Shown: positions 30,164 through 40,868 of the stretch, in pieces
Position numbering within the stretch: position 1 is the stretch's first letter
Layout of the letters: each line of letters begins with the position of its first letter
Assembly (NCBI GenBank): GCA_034530875.2
Contig: JAVRCJ020000019.1
Coordinates: 1 to 64,000 of the forward strand
Direction: 5' to 3'
DNA from: Nostoc sp. DedSLP01
GTDB lineage: Bacteria; Cyanobacteriota; Cyanobacteriia; Cyanobacteriales; Nostocaceae
DNA: 64,000 nt
Translations under genes and position numbers: made by a program
Notes under the pieces: model-generated
What the model saw: the letters and a program-made list of their open reading frames with translations, nothing else
Database searches by the model: none
What the model was told of the DNA's origin: nothing

Positions 30164-31261
30164 TTAAACTATATGCTTAAATATGACTTTTAAGAAATCT
30201 CCTTGCGTAAAAGGCTTGGTTAAATAGCCTGATGCTCCAGCCATTTTAGCTTTAGCTCTATCTATCAAACTTGATTTCGCTGATACCATAATCACAGGTG
30301 TCTTTTTAAAATATGAGTGCTTGCGCAGTAAAGAACAAAGTTCATAGCCATCTAAATTAGGCATCGAAATATCTAAAAAGATGATGTCTGGTTTTGTGTG
30401 GATAATCTGCATTAAAGCTTTGAAAGAATCGGTAACCCCCACAACAGAAAAGGTTTTTTCATCTAAATAACTTTTAATCGTATTTAATACTGTAGGACTA
30501 TCATCAATACAAAATATTGTGTAGACTTTTTTCTGAGTTGAAGATTTTACAGTTGGCTGATTTTTATTATCAGTATTATTAAAAATGTATGCCGCTGGTT
30601 TATTGCCGTTGTATTGTTTGGGCAACTTTTGTACAGTTTTGGTTTGGTGTTGTGGCTGATTTTTTCGCAAGAATTGCGGGGGTTCCACTGAGGAAACTGG
30701 CGATATCTGGCTAGTACCTCCTACCTTGAGGCGAAAATGCTCTGCATCGCCTGTAAGTATTTGGCATCGTTCAACCAGTAAACGGAGACTCAGATGGCAA
30801 AACTTTGGCATATCATCCAAAAAGCTTTCAGGAATAAATTCATAACTCCCCTGTTCTAAGCTCAGAAATGATTCCAAAACCTCTATTGCTAATTCTTCTA
30901 TCAAAATCGCTGCTTGAGAAGAACTGATATATTTCTGATTAACTAACCAGCAAATAGCTAGATAATCTGGATTCGGTATTGCTTGATTTTCAAATATCGT
31001 CCGCAGTTGTTCGTGAATTCCGCCAGGGAGAGTAGAAATTTGCTGGCTCAAGCGTTGTAAATTTCTGTAAAGCGGCTCAAACATTTTCTCTGAGTAGCAG
31101 GCATAAATCAGTTTTCCCTGGTCTACATATATTGACCAAGAACCTGATGTGCCAAATACTTGCAAACAACCAGTAACGGACTTACTCGTGATTTTTTTCA
31201 ACAAAGATAGGGGTTGGAGTTTTTGAAAAAACCTGTATCTACTAATCGGCAGCGTTTTCAT
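30164..31261 (-). CDS. patA: Heterocyst pattern response regulator PatA (PATAN + REC)
   Basis: The N-terminus MKTLPISRYRFFQKLQPLSLLKKIT and the NQAIPNPDYLAICWLVNQKYISSSQAA segment match Anabaena PatA as recalled; C-terminal REC domain. Confidence 0.9.
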   Translation of the reverse strand: MKTLPISRYRFFQKLQPLSLLKKITSKSVTGCLQVFGTSGSWSIYVDQGKLIYACYSEKMFEPLYRNLQRLSQQISTLPGGIHEQLRTIFENQAIPNPDYLAICWLVNQKYISSSQAAILIEELAIEVLESFLSLEQGSYEFIPESFLDDMPKFCHLSLRLLVERCQILTGDAEHFRLKVGGTSQISPVSSVEPPQFLRKNQPQHQTKTVQKLPKQYNGNKPAAYIFNNTDNKNQPTVKSSTQKKVYTIFCIDDSPTVLNTIKSYLDEKTFSVVGVTDSFKALMQIIHTKPDIIFLDISMPNLDGYELCSLLRKHSYFKKTPVIMVSAKSSLIDRAKAKMAGASGYLTKPFTQGDFLKVIFKHIV

Positions 31262-31668
31262 TGGAATGGCTCTGAAATAAAATTAATAGCAAGCGAAATT
31301 AGTGAATTTCCTTTTGGGAATTCACAGCGATATTAATTAGAAGCACTGTTGAGATAAATATAGCGGTGACATTTAAGTTAGTACAGAGATTCCACACCCC
31401 CCAGCTGCTAATTCAGCAATCTCTGCTAAGCTATAACGCACGAATACAACTAAATCAATCCATGTCGATACTATTATGTAATAGCAAAAAGACCCGACTA
31501 TTGTCAGGAATAGTATTGCAAAAATGAGATTGACTTTCTGTATCTTTCGCTAATCTAGCCAATCTAACAGTAACTCAAGTCTGACGTCTAGACCATTGGC
31601 TCTCGCCCATCAGTTACAAAAATAACACTGATGTTGGTATTGTCAAGTCTAAAATGACAATTAATAAC

Positions 31669-31776
31669 TATAGCAGGAGGCAGGAGGCAGTTCTTGCTGA
31701 AGGCAGGAGGTAAAAGTATTACTATTCCTGGTATTCAAGCTTTTAAAATGTCCTAACATATCTGGCTAGGGCTATA
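31669..31776. mobile_element. MITE-like element
   Basis: TATAGC...GCTATA ends; reverse-complement homolog of 15487-15570. Confidence 0.7.
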
Positions 31777-32078
31777 ACTAAAGGATAAGGCAAATAACTG
31801 GTATGTTTGTACTTGTTATAGAAGTTGATTCTTGAGGACAACTTCCCGATAAAAAGTATTTTTTACAACTCAGCGTTCAATAAATTCAATGTCTTACTTA
31901 AATTTGCGATTTTAGAACTTCTCTATCTAAGGAACAAGAAGCGTAAACTGCGACCAAAGATGAGTTAGCTGATGATTGGCGCCATGATGCTATGTAGTGA
32001 GATGTACAGGCGACTGACTCAGCACAAGGGAATCTCTTCATAAGTACTGGAAACGGGTTCTAGTGTTGTGTGGGGATA

Positions 32079-32213
32079 ATATCAAGTTCGGATGATTAGT
32101 TATGATTGCAGTCCTCGCGTTACCCCTCCCCAACCCTCCCCTTGCTAAGGGGAGGGTGCCGTAAGGCGGGTGGGGTGTTTCAGGATTTATAAATAATTAA
32201 GCGAACTTGATAT
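32079..32213. mobile_element. MITE-like element
   Basis: TIRs ATATCAAGTTCG / CGAACTTGATAT; internal CCCTCCCC-TTGCTAA-GGGGAGGG hairpin. Confidence 0.75.
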
Positions 32214-32587
32214 AACTAGTCACTCTGGAGAATTTTGAGTGACAAATTTAAGAACTAACTGCAAATTCTCAAATTGTGGTACATCTCTGAAAATAGCGAT
32301 TGTTAGCTAGATGGTAGATCGCAAGTAATGTACTCACTAAAATTCAGGTTACTATAATTTTTGAAGAAAAATAACAGAAATATATAAACTTCATGAGAAA
32401 TAAGTAAAGGAAATATGAAAATTAATTAATACCATCTTGGAGACAATTGTTATCCATATTTATTTCGTCATATATCCGGAAAGGCTGAGAATATACAGTA
32501 ATAATGAAATACAGGCACGCCAGAGGTAGAAATTGAACTCTTGCAAAATTATTTGGTATTACTGCTAAATTCTGCGGTATGTAGCAA

Positions 32588-32616
32588 AAAGACGCAAAGA
32601 AAATCTTTGCGTCTTT
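32588..32616 (-). terminator. Intrinsic terminator of the 32655-33146 gene
   Basis: Perfect 13-bp inverted repeat AAAGACGCAAAGA / TCTTTGCGTCTTT, with a U-run on the minus strand. Confidence 0.7.
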
Positions 32617-32654
32617 GATGTGAGATTTAATAATGAACATTCTCACCCTTATAC

Positions 32655-33146
32655 TTAAACTTGCTCCTGCCAATACCAGCTTAAAAGTACGCCACCTGCC
32701 GTCAGCTTAATTAGTTCCAGTAGCCAATAACCACCGTGCAGTAAATTCATTGTTGATGGAATAGCAGCAACAGCTTCAAATAAGTTGAGTTGAATTCCGA
32801 TCGCACACATTTGCGGAGTCAAGAAATAAGTATCAAGTACGGCTATACTCAACAACAACACAGATAGAGCAATACTACCAATGCTGCGATGAAATTGAGT
32901 TTTACTCAAAACCAGCGCTCCAGTTAATACTACAGCAGCAGATAATAATTCCATGCGATTAAAGTTCCAAAAAATCGCATAGCCGGCTGTAGTAAAGCCA
33001 CCCTGGTTCATCATGCCAGAAAGATAAAGGGTAGGCATAATTACCCAGTCCAAAACGAGACTTGCGCTGAGCCAAAAGCCCAAAGTCAATACAATCGCGG
33101 TTTGCCAAATTGGCCGTTTGGATGCAACGTTAGAAATAGCAGTCAT
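32655..33146 (-). CDS. Four-TM membrane protein (DUF4149-like)
   Basis: Four hydrophobic helices; FWNFNRMELL, YFLTPQM and LHGGYW.LE..KL pattern. Confidence 0.7.
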   Translation of the reverse strand: MTAISNVASKRPIWQTAIVLTLGFWLSASLVLDWVIMPTLYLSGMMNQGGFTTAGYAIFWNFNRMELLSAAVVLTGALVLSKTQFHRSIGSIALSVLLLSIAVLDTYFLTPQMCAIGIQLNLFEAVAAIPSTMNLLHGGYWLLELIKLTAGGVLLSWYWQEQV

Positions 33147-33265
33147 AGAATAATTGCGTATGTTGTATTCTTAGTCTCTAACTTTAAGAGTTACTTTGAC
33201 AACAAATATCAATTAAGCTTTACATTGGTTGCCAAGGAATTGCGAACAAATAAATTATTATTACC

Positions 33266-33324
33266 TGTGGGGTGAGTGTCTCGCGCGCCACAATCAAGGG
33301 CAGACAAGATGTCCAACCCACAAG
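33266..33324. repeat. Degenerate REP-like inverted repeat
   Basis: TGTGGGGTG...CAACCCACA inverted ends. A second REP-like palindrome, GGCGTACAGTTGTACGCC, lies at 33511-33528. Confidence 0.55.
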
Positions 33325-33533
33325 AGAATTTGGATATTTTTATTTGCAAGTCTTTTAATATAAATAGCGATCGCTCTTAACTTTTTGTTAAATAACAACT
33401 TTTTTTAAAGATAATTAAAAAAGATTAAAAAGCTTTAATAAGTGATTTTACTTATTATAAACGCTCAATTTTGCGATAAGGAATCCTGCGAATAGATATG
33501 GATAAGTAAAGGCGTACAGTTGTACGCCCCTAG

Positions 33534-36119
33534 TTATTTTTCCTGGAATGTCCAGACACCTTCATCCCAATCTGATTCTGTTGGGGGTGCTTGTAACCAA
33601 TGCTGACAACGCAATAGATGTAACATCGCGGCTTTATCTTGGTTATCGGCTGCTAAAACTAAGGCAAATTCAGCTCTAGCACGATTAAAATCGCGTTGGA
33701 GGTAATATTTGCGCCCTTTATGATAATGTTCGATGACTTGGAGTTTTTCGCTACTAATGGGATCGGAACGCAAACCTATCAATTCATATATAGATACTGG
33801 CTCATTTCTACCTTTGACGCGGATGTAATCTAGCTCTCTCGCCCAAATATTTTCTTGGCATGGTTTAAATGTGTTGTGGCTAATAATAATATCGCAACCA
33901 TACTGTTTACTAACACTTTCTAATCGCGAACCTAAATTAACACCATCGCCGATGGCTGTAAATTCCATTCGCTTACTAGAACCGATATTTCCACTAATTA
34001 CTGTATCGGAATTGATGCCAATACCAATGTTAATTTTGGGCTTATTTACTGTGTGGCGACGTTGATTAAAATCATGCAAGCGCTGGCGCATTTCGAGAGA
34101 TGTTTGTACTGCCATCCAAGCGTGTTCTTCTAAAGGTAAAGGAGAACCAAAAACAGCCATAATCGCATCGCCGATGTATTTATCGAGGGTACCTTTATGT
34201 TTAAAAACTGCCTCTACCATTGATTCAAAATATTCATTGAGCATACTCACCACTTCTTCTGCTTCTAGGTTTTCGGTCAAAGTGGTGTAGCCGCGAATAT
34301 CGGAAAATAAAATTGAAACTTCTTTGCGATCGCCTCCTAGTTTAGCGTCATCTAACTTCAGCAATTCTTCTGCTAATTCCTGGGTCATGTAGCGGTACAT
34401 TGTACTTTTAAGCCGCTTTTCATCGCTGATATCTTCCATCACGACTAGGGCGCCACGGACTTGCTCCTGGTCGCTGACATCAGCAATTGTATTAATCGAT
34501 AAATTAATACTATGCTCTTCTGCACCGCCACTTAAAAGGGTGCGATCTGGGTAATATTGTTGGCGACGTTTTGAGTCGCTTCCGTGTAAAGCATCCTGAC
34601 ACAACTTGCTAAAGTCGATTTCTTTAATGGCGATGACATCATTAACTAATTTACCTTCTAAACGGTCGTCTGCTTCTAATCCCAGCAAACGTTTAGCACT
34701 TTCATTGGCAGCGATAATTAACCCAGATTTATCAGTAGAAACCACGCCATTGGAAAGACTGCGGAGAATGTCTCTTTGCATTTGCTCTTGTTGCTTGACT
34801 GTGGCAAACAACTGAGCATTATGTAATGCAACTCCCGCTTGAATATTAAAAGCTTCCATGAACTCTTCATCGTTGCGGTCAAAACTAGCTTGGAAGCATT
34901 CGGGAGCTTTCGGCCAAGACACAGGATCGTAAGGGGGAAAATCTCCAGATTTCTTTTTATTGACTAACTGAGTAACACCGATTAATTCTTGGTCGGCGTT
35001 ATATACTGGCATACAAAGTAAACTACAAGTGCGATAGCCATTTTGTTGGTCGAGTTGTTTGGCTGTTTCCGAGTCGGGATCGTCGTATAAGTCAAAGGCA
35101 ATATTTAGTTTCTTACCGGATGCAGCTACTATACCTGCAAAGCCTTTACCGATGGGGACGCGTAACTCCTTTGTTGAGCCATCGTCTTGGGTGATTTTCG
35201 TCCACAATTGATGACGATCGCGGTCTATTAACCATAGCGTACTGCGATCGGCATTCATTAATTCCTTGGCTTCATCCATTACCCGTTTGAGGGTATCTTC
35301 TAAATCGAGACTGCTTTGAGAAAGCGACTTGATTGCTTTCATCAACGCTGCCACAGCTCTTTGTTTTTGGGTGGCGACATAAAAAGAGCGCGATGATTCT
35401 AAAATCAGCCGAATCGAAGGGGCAAATTCTTGAAATAATTGTTCGTCAGCACAGATAAAACCGTTGGTATCAATGCGCTCTGCAAGTGGAGCATTTGGAT
35501 TGCTACCAGGCTTTAATTTATTCAGTAATTGTACTACTGCAACTAATTGTTCTTGTTCGTTTAATAACGGTAAAGCCAGCATCGTGTAAGTACGATAGCC
35601 AGTTCTTTTTTCTTGTGCTTGGGCAAAATGCGATCGCGGATCGTCATAAAAATCAAAAGGAATATTGATAACTTGCTTGAAAGTCGCAACCTCACCACCG
35701 ATTCCTTTATTGGCAGGGATGCGAATTTCTAAAGAGCGATCGCCCTCTCCCTCAGCCACAATTGACCAGAGTTCTTGTTTTTCTTCATCTAATAAAAATA
35801 TTGTTGTCCTGTCTGCCCCCAGTAATTCCCCGGTTTTTAAGGTAATCGAATGCAACATTTCTTGCAATATATTTTCAAACCCCTGAGAATCCAGCATCGA
35901 TAGGGTTTGATGTACAATCTGTAATTTTTGCTCGACATCCTTAACAACCTGTTTAAAAGTATCTTGAGTTAAGGGAGCAAGAAACGAAGAAAAAGTTCCT
36001 TGTCTTGTGGCAAGAGCACCTACAGGAGCAGAATTTGCTTTTAATTTGCCGTTTTCTTGATTTTGAACCCTAATAACCACATCGGTGGTATCACCGCAAC
36101 TACCTTGATACACTGACAT
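33534..36119 (-). CDS. cyaB2: Class III adenylate cyclase, GAF-GAF-PAS-cyclase-TPR (CyaB2 type)
   Basis: FLAPLTQDTFKQVV N-terminus as in Anabaena CyaB2, two GAF domains with NKFDE-type motifs, FSDIRGYT, DKYIGDAIMA, GDGVNLGSRLE. Confidence 0.92.
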   Translation of the reverse strand: MSVYQGSCGDTTDVVIRVQNQENGKLKANSAPVGALATRQGTFSSFLAPLTQDTFKQVVKDVEQKLQIVHQTLSMLDSQGFENILQEMLHSITLKTGELLGADRTTIFLLDEEKQELWSIVAEGEGDRSLEIRIPANKGIGGEVATFKQVINIPFDFYDDPRSHFAQAQEKRTGYRTYTMLALPLLNEQEQLVAVVQLLNKLKPGSNPNAPLAERIDTNGFICADEQLFQEFAPSIRLILESSRSFYVATQKQRAVAALMKAIKSLSQSSLDLEDTLKRVMDEAKELMNADRSTLWLIDRDRHQLWTKITQDDGSTKELRVPIGKGFAGIVAASGKKLNIAFDLYDDPDSETAKQLDQQNGYRTCSLLCMPVYNADQELIGVTQLVNKKKSGDFPPYDPVSWPKAPECFQASFDRNDEEFMEAFNIQAGVALHNAQLFATVKQQEQMQRDILRSLSNGVVSTDKSGLIIAANESAKRLLGLEADDRLEGKLVNDVIAIKEIDFSKLCQDALHGSDSKRRQQYYPDRTLLSGGAEEHSINLSINTIADVSDQEQVRGALVVMEDISDEKRLKSTMYRYMTQELAEELLKLDDAKLGGDRKEVSILFSDIRGYTTLTENLEAEEVVSMLNEYFESMVEAVFKHKGTLDKYIGDAIMAVFGSPLPLEEHAWMAVQTSLEMRQRLHDFNQRRHTVNKPKINIGIGINSDTVISGNIGSSKRMEFTAIGDGVNLGSRLESVSKQYGCDIIISHNTFKPCQENIWARELDYIRVKGRNEPVSIYELIGLRSDPISSEKLQVIEHYHKGRKYYLQRDFNRARAEFALVLAADNQDKAAMLHLLRCQHWLQAPPTESDWDEGVWTFQEK

Positions 36120-36301
36120 AATTAGTATTAGATATAACCGAATGAGATGGTAGATGTAACAATGCAATTAAATTTATGTAATAGGTGCTAAAAGCAACAT
36201 TTCATATTATCCATAGTTTAATCGCTTGTTCAGCCAGCGTCATCCCGTCAGAAACAGGCACAGGGATAAAGGAGACAAATAGACAAGAACATTGAAGAAG
36301 A

Positions 36302-36456
36302 ATACAGAATTCAGAATTCAGAATTCAGAATCAATCAGTGGGGGATTCAGGCCCGCCACTGATTGTTTTGCACCAAATCTACGATTTGGTGGGGGTCTAA
36401 AAAGAGATTATTCATCCGCCAGTGGTACAAAATACCTAACTGAATTCTGACGACTG
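36302..36456. repeat. STRR (CAGAATT)n-bounded dispersed repeat with internal hairpins
   Basis: cagaattcagaattcagaattcagaat...gaattctga, with internal stems AATCAGTGG/CCACTGATT and CACCAAAT/ATTTGGTG. Confidence 0.6.
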
Positions 36457-36598
36457 ACGCGTTTATTCTGCTTGATAACTCTTAAGTCGTTGGTTAACAG
36501 TCAGATTTTTAGCGATCGCAAAAAACGATTGCCATCGTTAAATAATAAAAATTAAAGGGAACAATAAGCAGAGTAAATATATTGTGAAGCCTGCTGCG

Positions 36599-37849
36599 AT
36601 GTTAGTTTTATCCGATAAAATGTATTCTCTTGCCGGATATCGCATTTTAGAACAAATCTATTGTGGTAGGAAAACACTAGTTTATCGGGGTGTTAAAGAA
36701 CAAAGTCAAATACCTGTAGTCATTAAACTGATACGAAATGAGTGTCCTACCTTCGGTGAAATTGCTCAATTCCACAATCAGTATACAATTACCAAAAATC
36801 TCAACTTACCAGGAATAGTTCAACCTCTGTGCTTAGAAAACTATGGTAACAGCCATGCTTTAATCATGGAGAACTTTGGCGGTATCTCGCTCAAAGACTG
36901 GCTACAGCAGAACGAATTACAAGATGGAATTACACTAAAAGAATTTTTTCATATAGCCATAGCGATCGCATCAACTTTAGAAGACTTGCATCGCAGTCGC
37001 ATCATTCATAAAGATATCAAACCCGCCAATATACTAATTAACCCCAGCACTCTAGAAGTCAAAATTATCGACTTCAGTATTGCCACTCTGCTACCAAGAG
37101 AAATTCAATATCTCAAAGTAGTTGATGATGCTCGGAATGTTGCTTTCTTAGCAAGCGATCGCTACATGATTCTCCAACAGCCTAAGAGCCTGTTGTGTAT
37201 TCCAATTCTCAATCAGGGTAAATTACTGGGGATTATTTATCTCGAAAATAATCTTACCACCGGAGCATTTACCCGCGATCGCGTCGAAGTTATAAAACTA
37301 ATTACCACCCAAGCGGCAATTTCCTTAGAGAATGCTATTCTCTATCAGAATTTAGGACAAGCAAATCAACGCCTCGAAGAATACAGCCATAGTTTAGAAG
37401 CAAAAGTAGAAACTAGAACCCAGCATCTCAAACAAGCTCTCAAAGAACTGCAACAGACGCAAATCCAATTAATCCAAAGCGAAAAAATGTCTTCCTTGGG
37501 CCAAATGGTGGCAGGAATCGCTCATGAAATTAATAATCCAATTAACTTTATTCATGGCAATATTGGTCATGCTAGTGAATATGTCAAAGATTTACTAGAT
37601 TTACTGGCTGTATATCAAAAAGAATGCACCAATGCTTCGGATTTAATTGATGAGAAAGCTGCACAAATTGATGCAGATTTCTTAGCCAAAGATTTGCCAA
37701 AGATTCTGGATTCTATGAAAGTTGGCAGTTTGCGGATTCGCAATATAGTTTTAGGTTTGCGTAACTTCTCCCGCCTGGATGAAGCGGAAATGAAACCTGT
37801 GAATATTCATGAAGGTATTGACAACACTTTGATGATTTTGCAGCACTGA
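36599..37849 (+). pseudogene. Internally deleted, truncated Ser/Thr kinase-AAA-GAF-histidine kinase (HstK-type)
   Basis: The kinase runs to HKDIKPAN/DFS, then joins mid-GAF at ~37113. HisKA (GIAHEINNP) is present, but a stop follows LMILQH before the HATPase domain. Confidence 0.85.
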
Positions 37850-37923
37850 CTGAAATACCAATTCAGTAGTGAAATGCTGAGATTAACCTAACTATTAAAG
37901 GCTTTTCTTGCCTGCACTCTCTC

Positions 37924-38586
37924 TTATCCAGCAAATAATGGTCGATCGTACTTTGTAGCTTTTATGAGTAACTCTCGGACTTCTTCATCTGTAGTTTGGG
38001 GAAACTTTTCGTACCAAAGACCAACGCTATAGAAAGGGCTGGGTGTCTCAACACAAACAGTTTTGTCTACCTTAGGTTTTAAGTCTTGACAAGTTTCAGA
38101 TGCGGCTACGGGGACAGCAATTACAATCGCAGCCGGTTTTTGTTTGCGCACAGCCACAACCGCAGCCCACATAGTCGCACCTGTGGCTAAACCATCATCT
38201 ACCAAAATAACTGTGCGTGCCTGTAAATTTGGCAAGGGGCGATCGCTTCTATAAAGCTTTTCCCGACGCTGTAACTCTTTTTCTTCTCGTAGCGCCACCC
38301 TGGCAATTACTTCGTCAGAGATGTTCGCCTCCTTGATAATATGTTTGTTAAGTATTTGCACGCCACCAGAAGCGATCGCTCCCATTGCTAGTTCTTCTCG
38401 ATCGGGCATACCCAATTTACGTACCACTAAAACATCTAAGGGAGCATTTAACGCTTTAGCAACCTCAAAGGCAACGGGTACGCCACCTCTTGGTAGCCCC
38501 AATACTACAACATCCGAGCGATTAGCATAACCAACTAACTCTTGAGCTAAAAATTGACCTGCAATCCTCCTGTCTTTGAATCGCAT
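37924..38586 (-). CDS. Phosphoribosyltransferase family protein
   Basis: FKDRRIAG, LGLPRGGVPVA, and the PRPP loop VILVDDGLATGAT. Confidence 0.92.
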   Translation of the reverse strand: MRFKDRRIAGQFLAQELVGYANRSDVVVLGLPRGGVPVAFEVAKALNAPLDVLVVRKLGMPDREELAMGAIASGGVQILNKHIIKEANISDEVIARVALREEKELQRREKLYRSDRPLPNLQARTVILVDDGLATGATMWAAVVAVRKQKPAAIVIAVPVAASETCQDLKPKVDKTVCVETPSPFYSVGLWYEKFPQTTDEEVRELLIKATKYDRPLFAG

Positions 38587-38879
38587 GGTATGACACTCCT
38601 GATAAATTTACAAAAAATTTAAGTATTTACATCTATTCCCTCTCAGCTACTGCCCTCAAACAATGGGTTTAATTCCGATGGAATTTGAAAGCGGAGATTG
38701 TCGATCGCATCTGTTGCCAATCGCTTCCTATAATCTTTTAATGACTACACGCACATCTTTTCTTTAAGCAAAACTAGGGTCTAGGGCAATACTGTTCAGT
38801 TAAGGATATTTATCGCTTGAGGTAGGTAGGGGAAGCAGAGGAGGCTTTTGAGGTAGGGGGAGAGAAAAGTCTTATCCGA

Positions 38880-39060
38880 ACTATGTGGCAGATATTCTCC
38901 AATTCCTCTCAGCAGTTGGGCAGCAGCATTGAAAAGCTCACTCGCAGCTAACTGTTTTGCCAGCCTCTTGAGAGTATTACGCATTGCGAGTTCTGCATGA
39001 CCAGCCAATCCCAGACGGGCACGATTTTGTACCTGTCCGATAAACTTATCGTGTTTTATT
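38880..39060 (-). pseudogene. DUF2267-like remnant
   Basis: KHDKFIGQVQNRARL...TLKRLA...AAAQL.RGIGEYL. It lacks a proper start and degenerates into low-complexity sequence. Confidence 0.55.
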
Positions 39061-39199
39061 TTCCATCCAGATTCCCCTGAATGCATGACTTGTTATAGTC
39101 AAGAGTTCCTAAATAGATTGTAAAAAACTAAAAATTTTATGTCCTCTGGCTAACGGAGCGACATATTCAATTTAGAGTTCTATCAAAGGGATGAGTTGT

Positions 39200-39442
39200 A
39201 ATACTGTTTCACTTTAAGGCTGATACATTTAGACAAACAGAGGAGGCAGTGCCAATGAAACAAGTTTCATCGCCAAGTATGAAAGTGGTTTTTCCCCTAC
39301 TCCCTACTCCCTACTCCCCATTTACAAGGCAGTCCCAATGAAACAAGTTTCATCGCCAATAATGAAAGTATCTTTCTCCCCCTGCTCAAGAACTGCTTTT
39401 TCAAGCTAGGGAGGGAGAAAAAAAGCTTAACTGAACGGTATT
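39200..39442. mobile_element. MITE-like element with an internal 42-bp direct repeat
   Basis: Ends AATACTGTTTCACTTTAAG / CTTAACTGAACGGTATT. Repeats at 39245-39286 and 39328-39369 each contain the palindrome ATGAAAC-AA-GTTTCAT. Confidence 0.65.
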
Positions 39443-40002
39443 GCCTTATACCCTACACTCTCTCCCGTCGCGGGCTTGATATTTAGTACATAAGTACTGA
39501 ATAAAAATTACTCACTCAACATTTAAGACTCAGTAATGTGCTGCCACGAAAGAAGCACTTCTTTGAGCTATTTCTTAAGGACGCGATTAATCTCTTCTTT
39601 AGGCAGTCGCTATTCTTTTTGAAAGAATGCTAAGTTATTCCCTAACGTTTGCTGTTAACTTGTGCTGAGTATTTATTTTAACTGATTTTATGCTATAAAT
39701 TACTTAATTCATGCCAGAATCAAAGCCCATAAAGGATACGGTAACCATTCAACTTGTAATTTTGGGCTTTTCTGCTTTTGCTTTACATTAATAAATGTGT
39801 TGATACGATCTTCACATTATCCCGAGATTGTAAATGTGCCATAATATACTATATATTTACTCTTTAAAGAAAGAATAAATTTATGCTAAATTTTACGTAC
39901 AGAATCCCACTTAAATTAGTATTTAACACTTATAGGTATAACTTAATAGGTAGAATAACTGATATCGTTCAGATATTTTTAAAATTAAAGCAGGATTTTT
40001 AA

Positions 40003-40506
40003 ATGATCGGCTTAACTAATTCGGAAAACGCTATAGGTAGCAGCATAGGAGCCACTAAGAGACTGGCAAGGGCAATAATGGTTTCTGCCGGACAGTTCTC
40101 ACTGATATTAGCGTGTTGTAACTCTGTTGAAAGACAGCAACAAGTGGCAAATTTGCTAACAGAATTTTTATCAGCTGACATTGAAGAAGTCTTGCTTACA
40201 CCTGCGGCTGGCAGTTTGTATACAGTTATTGCAAATAGAATTGGCGCTACTCAACCTGAAGCTTTGATAGTACGGGGTTTAGAATCTGTAGTGGAAATTA
40301 ATCAACTAATTGCCAGTACCAACATGATGCGGGATGAATTTCGCAAACAGTTTAAGTTTCCCTTGGTATTGTGGGTTAATGATGAAATTCTCTGCAAACT
40401 AGTCTGGTTAGCGCCAGATTTCAAAGACTGGGCAGCTAGTACTATTAGATTTGATATAGCCAATAATCAGTTAGTTGAAGCTGAAGCACAAACAATCCGC
40501 GCTTAA
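40003..40506 (+). CDS. Hypothetical protein, similar to the N-terminal domain of cyanobacterial WD40/TPR ATPase-associated proteins
   Basis: LARAI..SAGQFSLILACCN ... N..RDEFRKQF.FPLVLWV ... APDFKDWA pattern. Confidence 0.6.
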   Translation: MIGLTNSENAIGSSIGATKRLARAIMVSAGQFSLILACCNSVERQQQVANLLTEFLSADIEEVLLTPAAGSLYTVIANRIGATQPEALIVRGLESVVEINQLIASTNMMRDEFRKQFKFPLVLWVNDEILCKLVWLAPDFKDWAASTIRFDIANNQLVEAEAQTIRA

Positions 40507-40868
40507 GCTAGACATTAATATTAGATTTTAAATTTTAGATGTTGGATTGGGAATTGCCTGAGCGTGTTTTGCTAGGCGTAAATTTATCTGTAGCGATGAT
40601 TTGGAAATTTGCGATCGCACAAAAAAAAGTTTTTCCCGCAAAACCAGAAATTCCACCAGATGAAAAGGCTGAAGTTCTTTGATTTCCATCAAGTTTACTT
40701 CAGGAACAAAGATTCATTAGATTGGCGTCTCTCTTTATATCTGCTTCAAAAAGGATATTTGCAACTAGTCCCAACTCGTGGAGTTCTGGGATTATATAGT
40801 TTTTTATCCTGAGTCGCTAGAAATTATTTCTGAGTTTTATAACTATTGACTAATAGCACTATATTAGT

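Noticed and set aside
32422..32673. 83-aa ORF upstream of patA
   Set aside because: Overlaps the end and terminator of the upstream gene; no recognisable features.
39245..39369. Two 42-bp palindromic repeats with a ~41-bp spacer (mini-CRISPR-like)
   Set aside because: Only two copies, the spacer is STRR heptamer sequence, and the whole lies inside a TIR-bounded MITE-like element.
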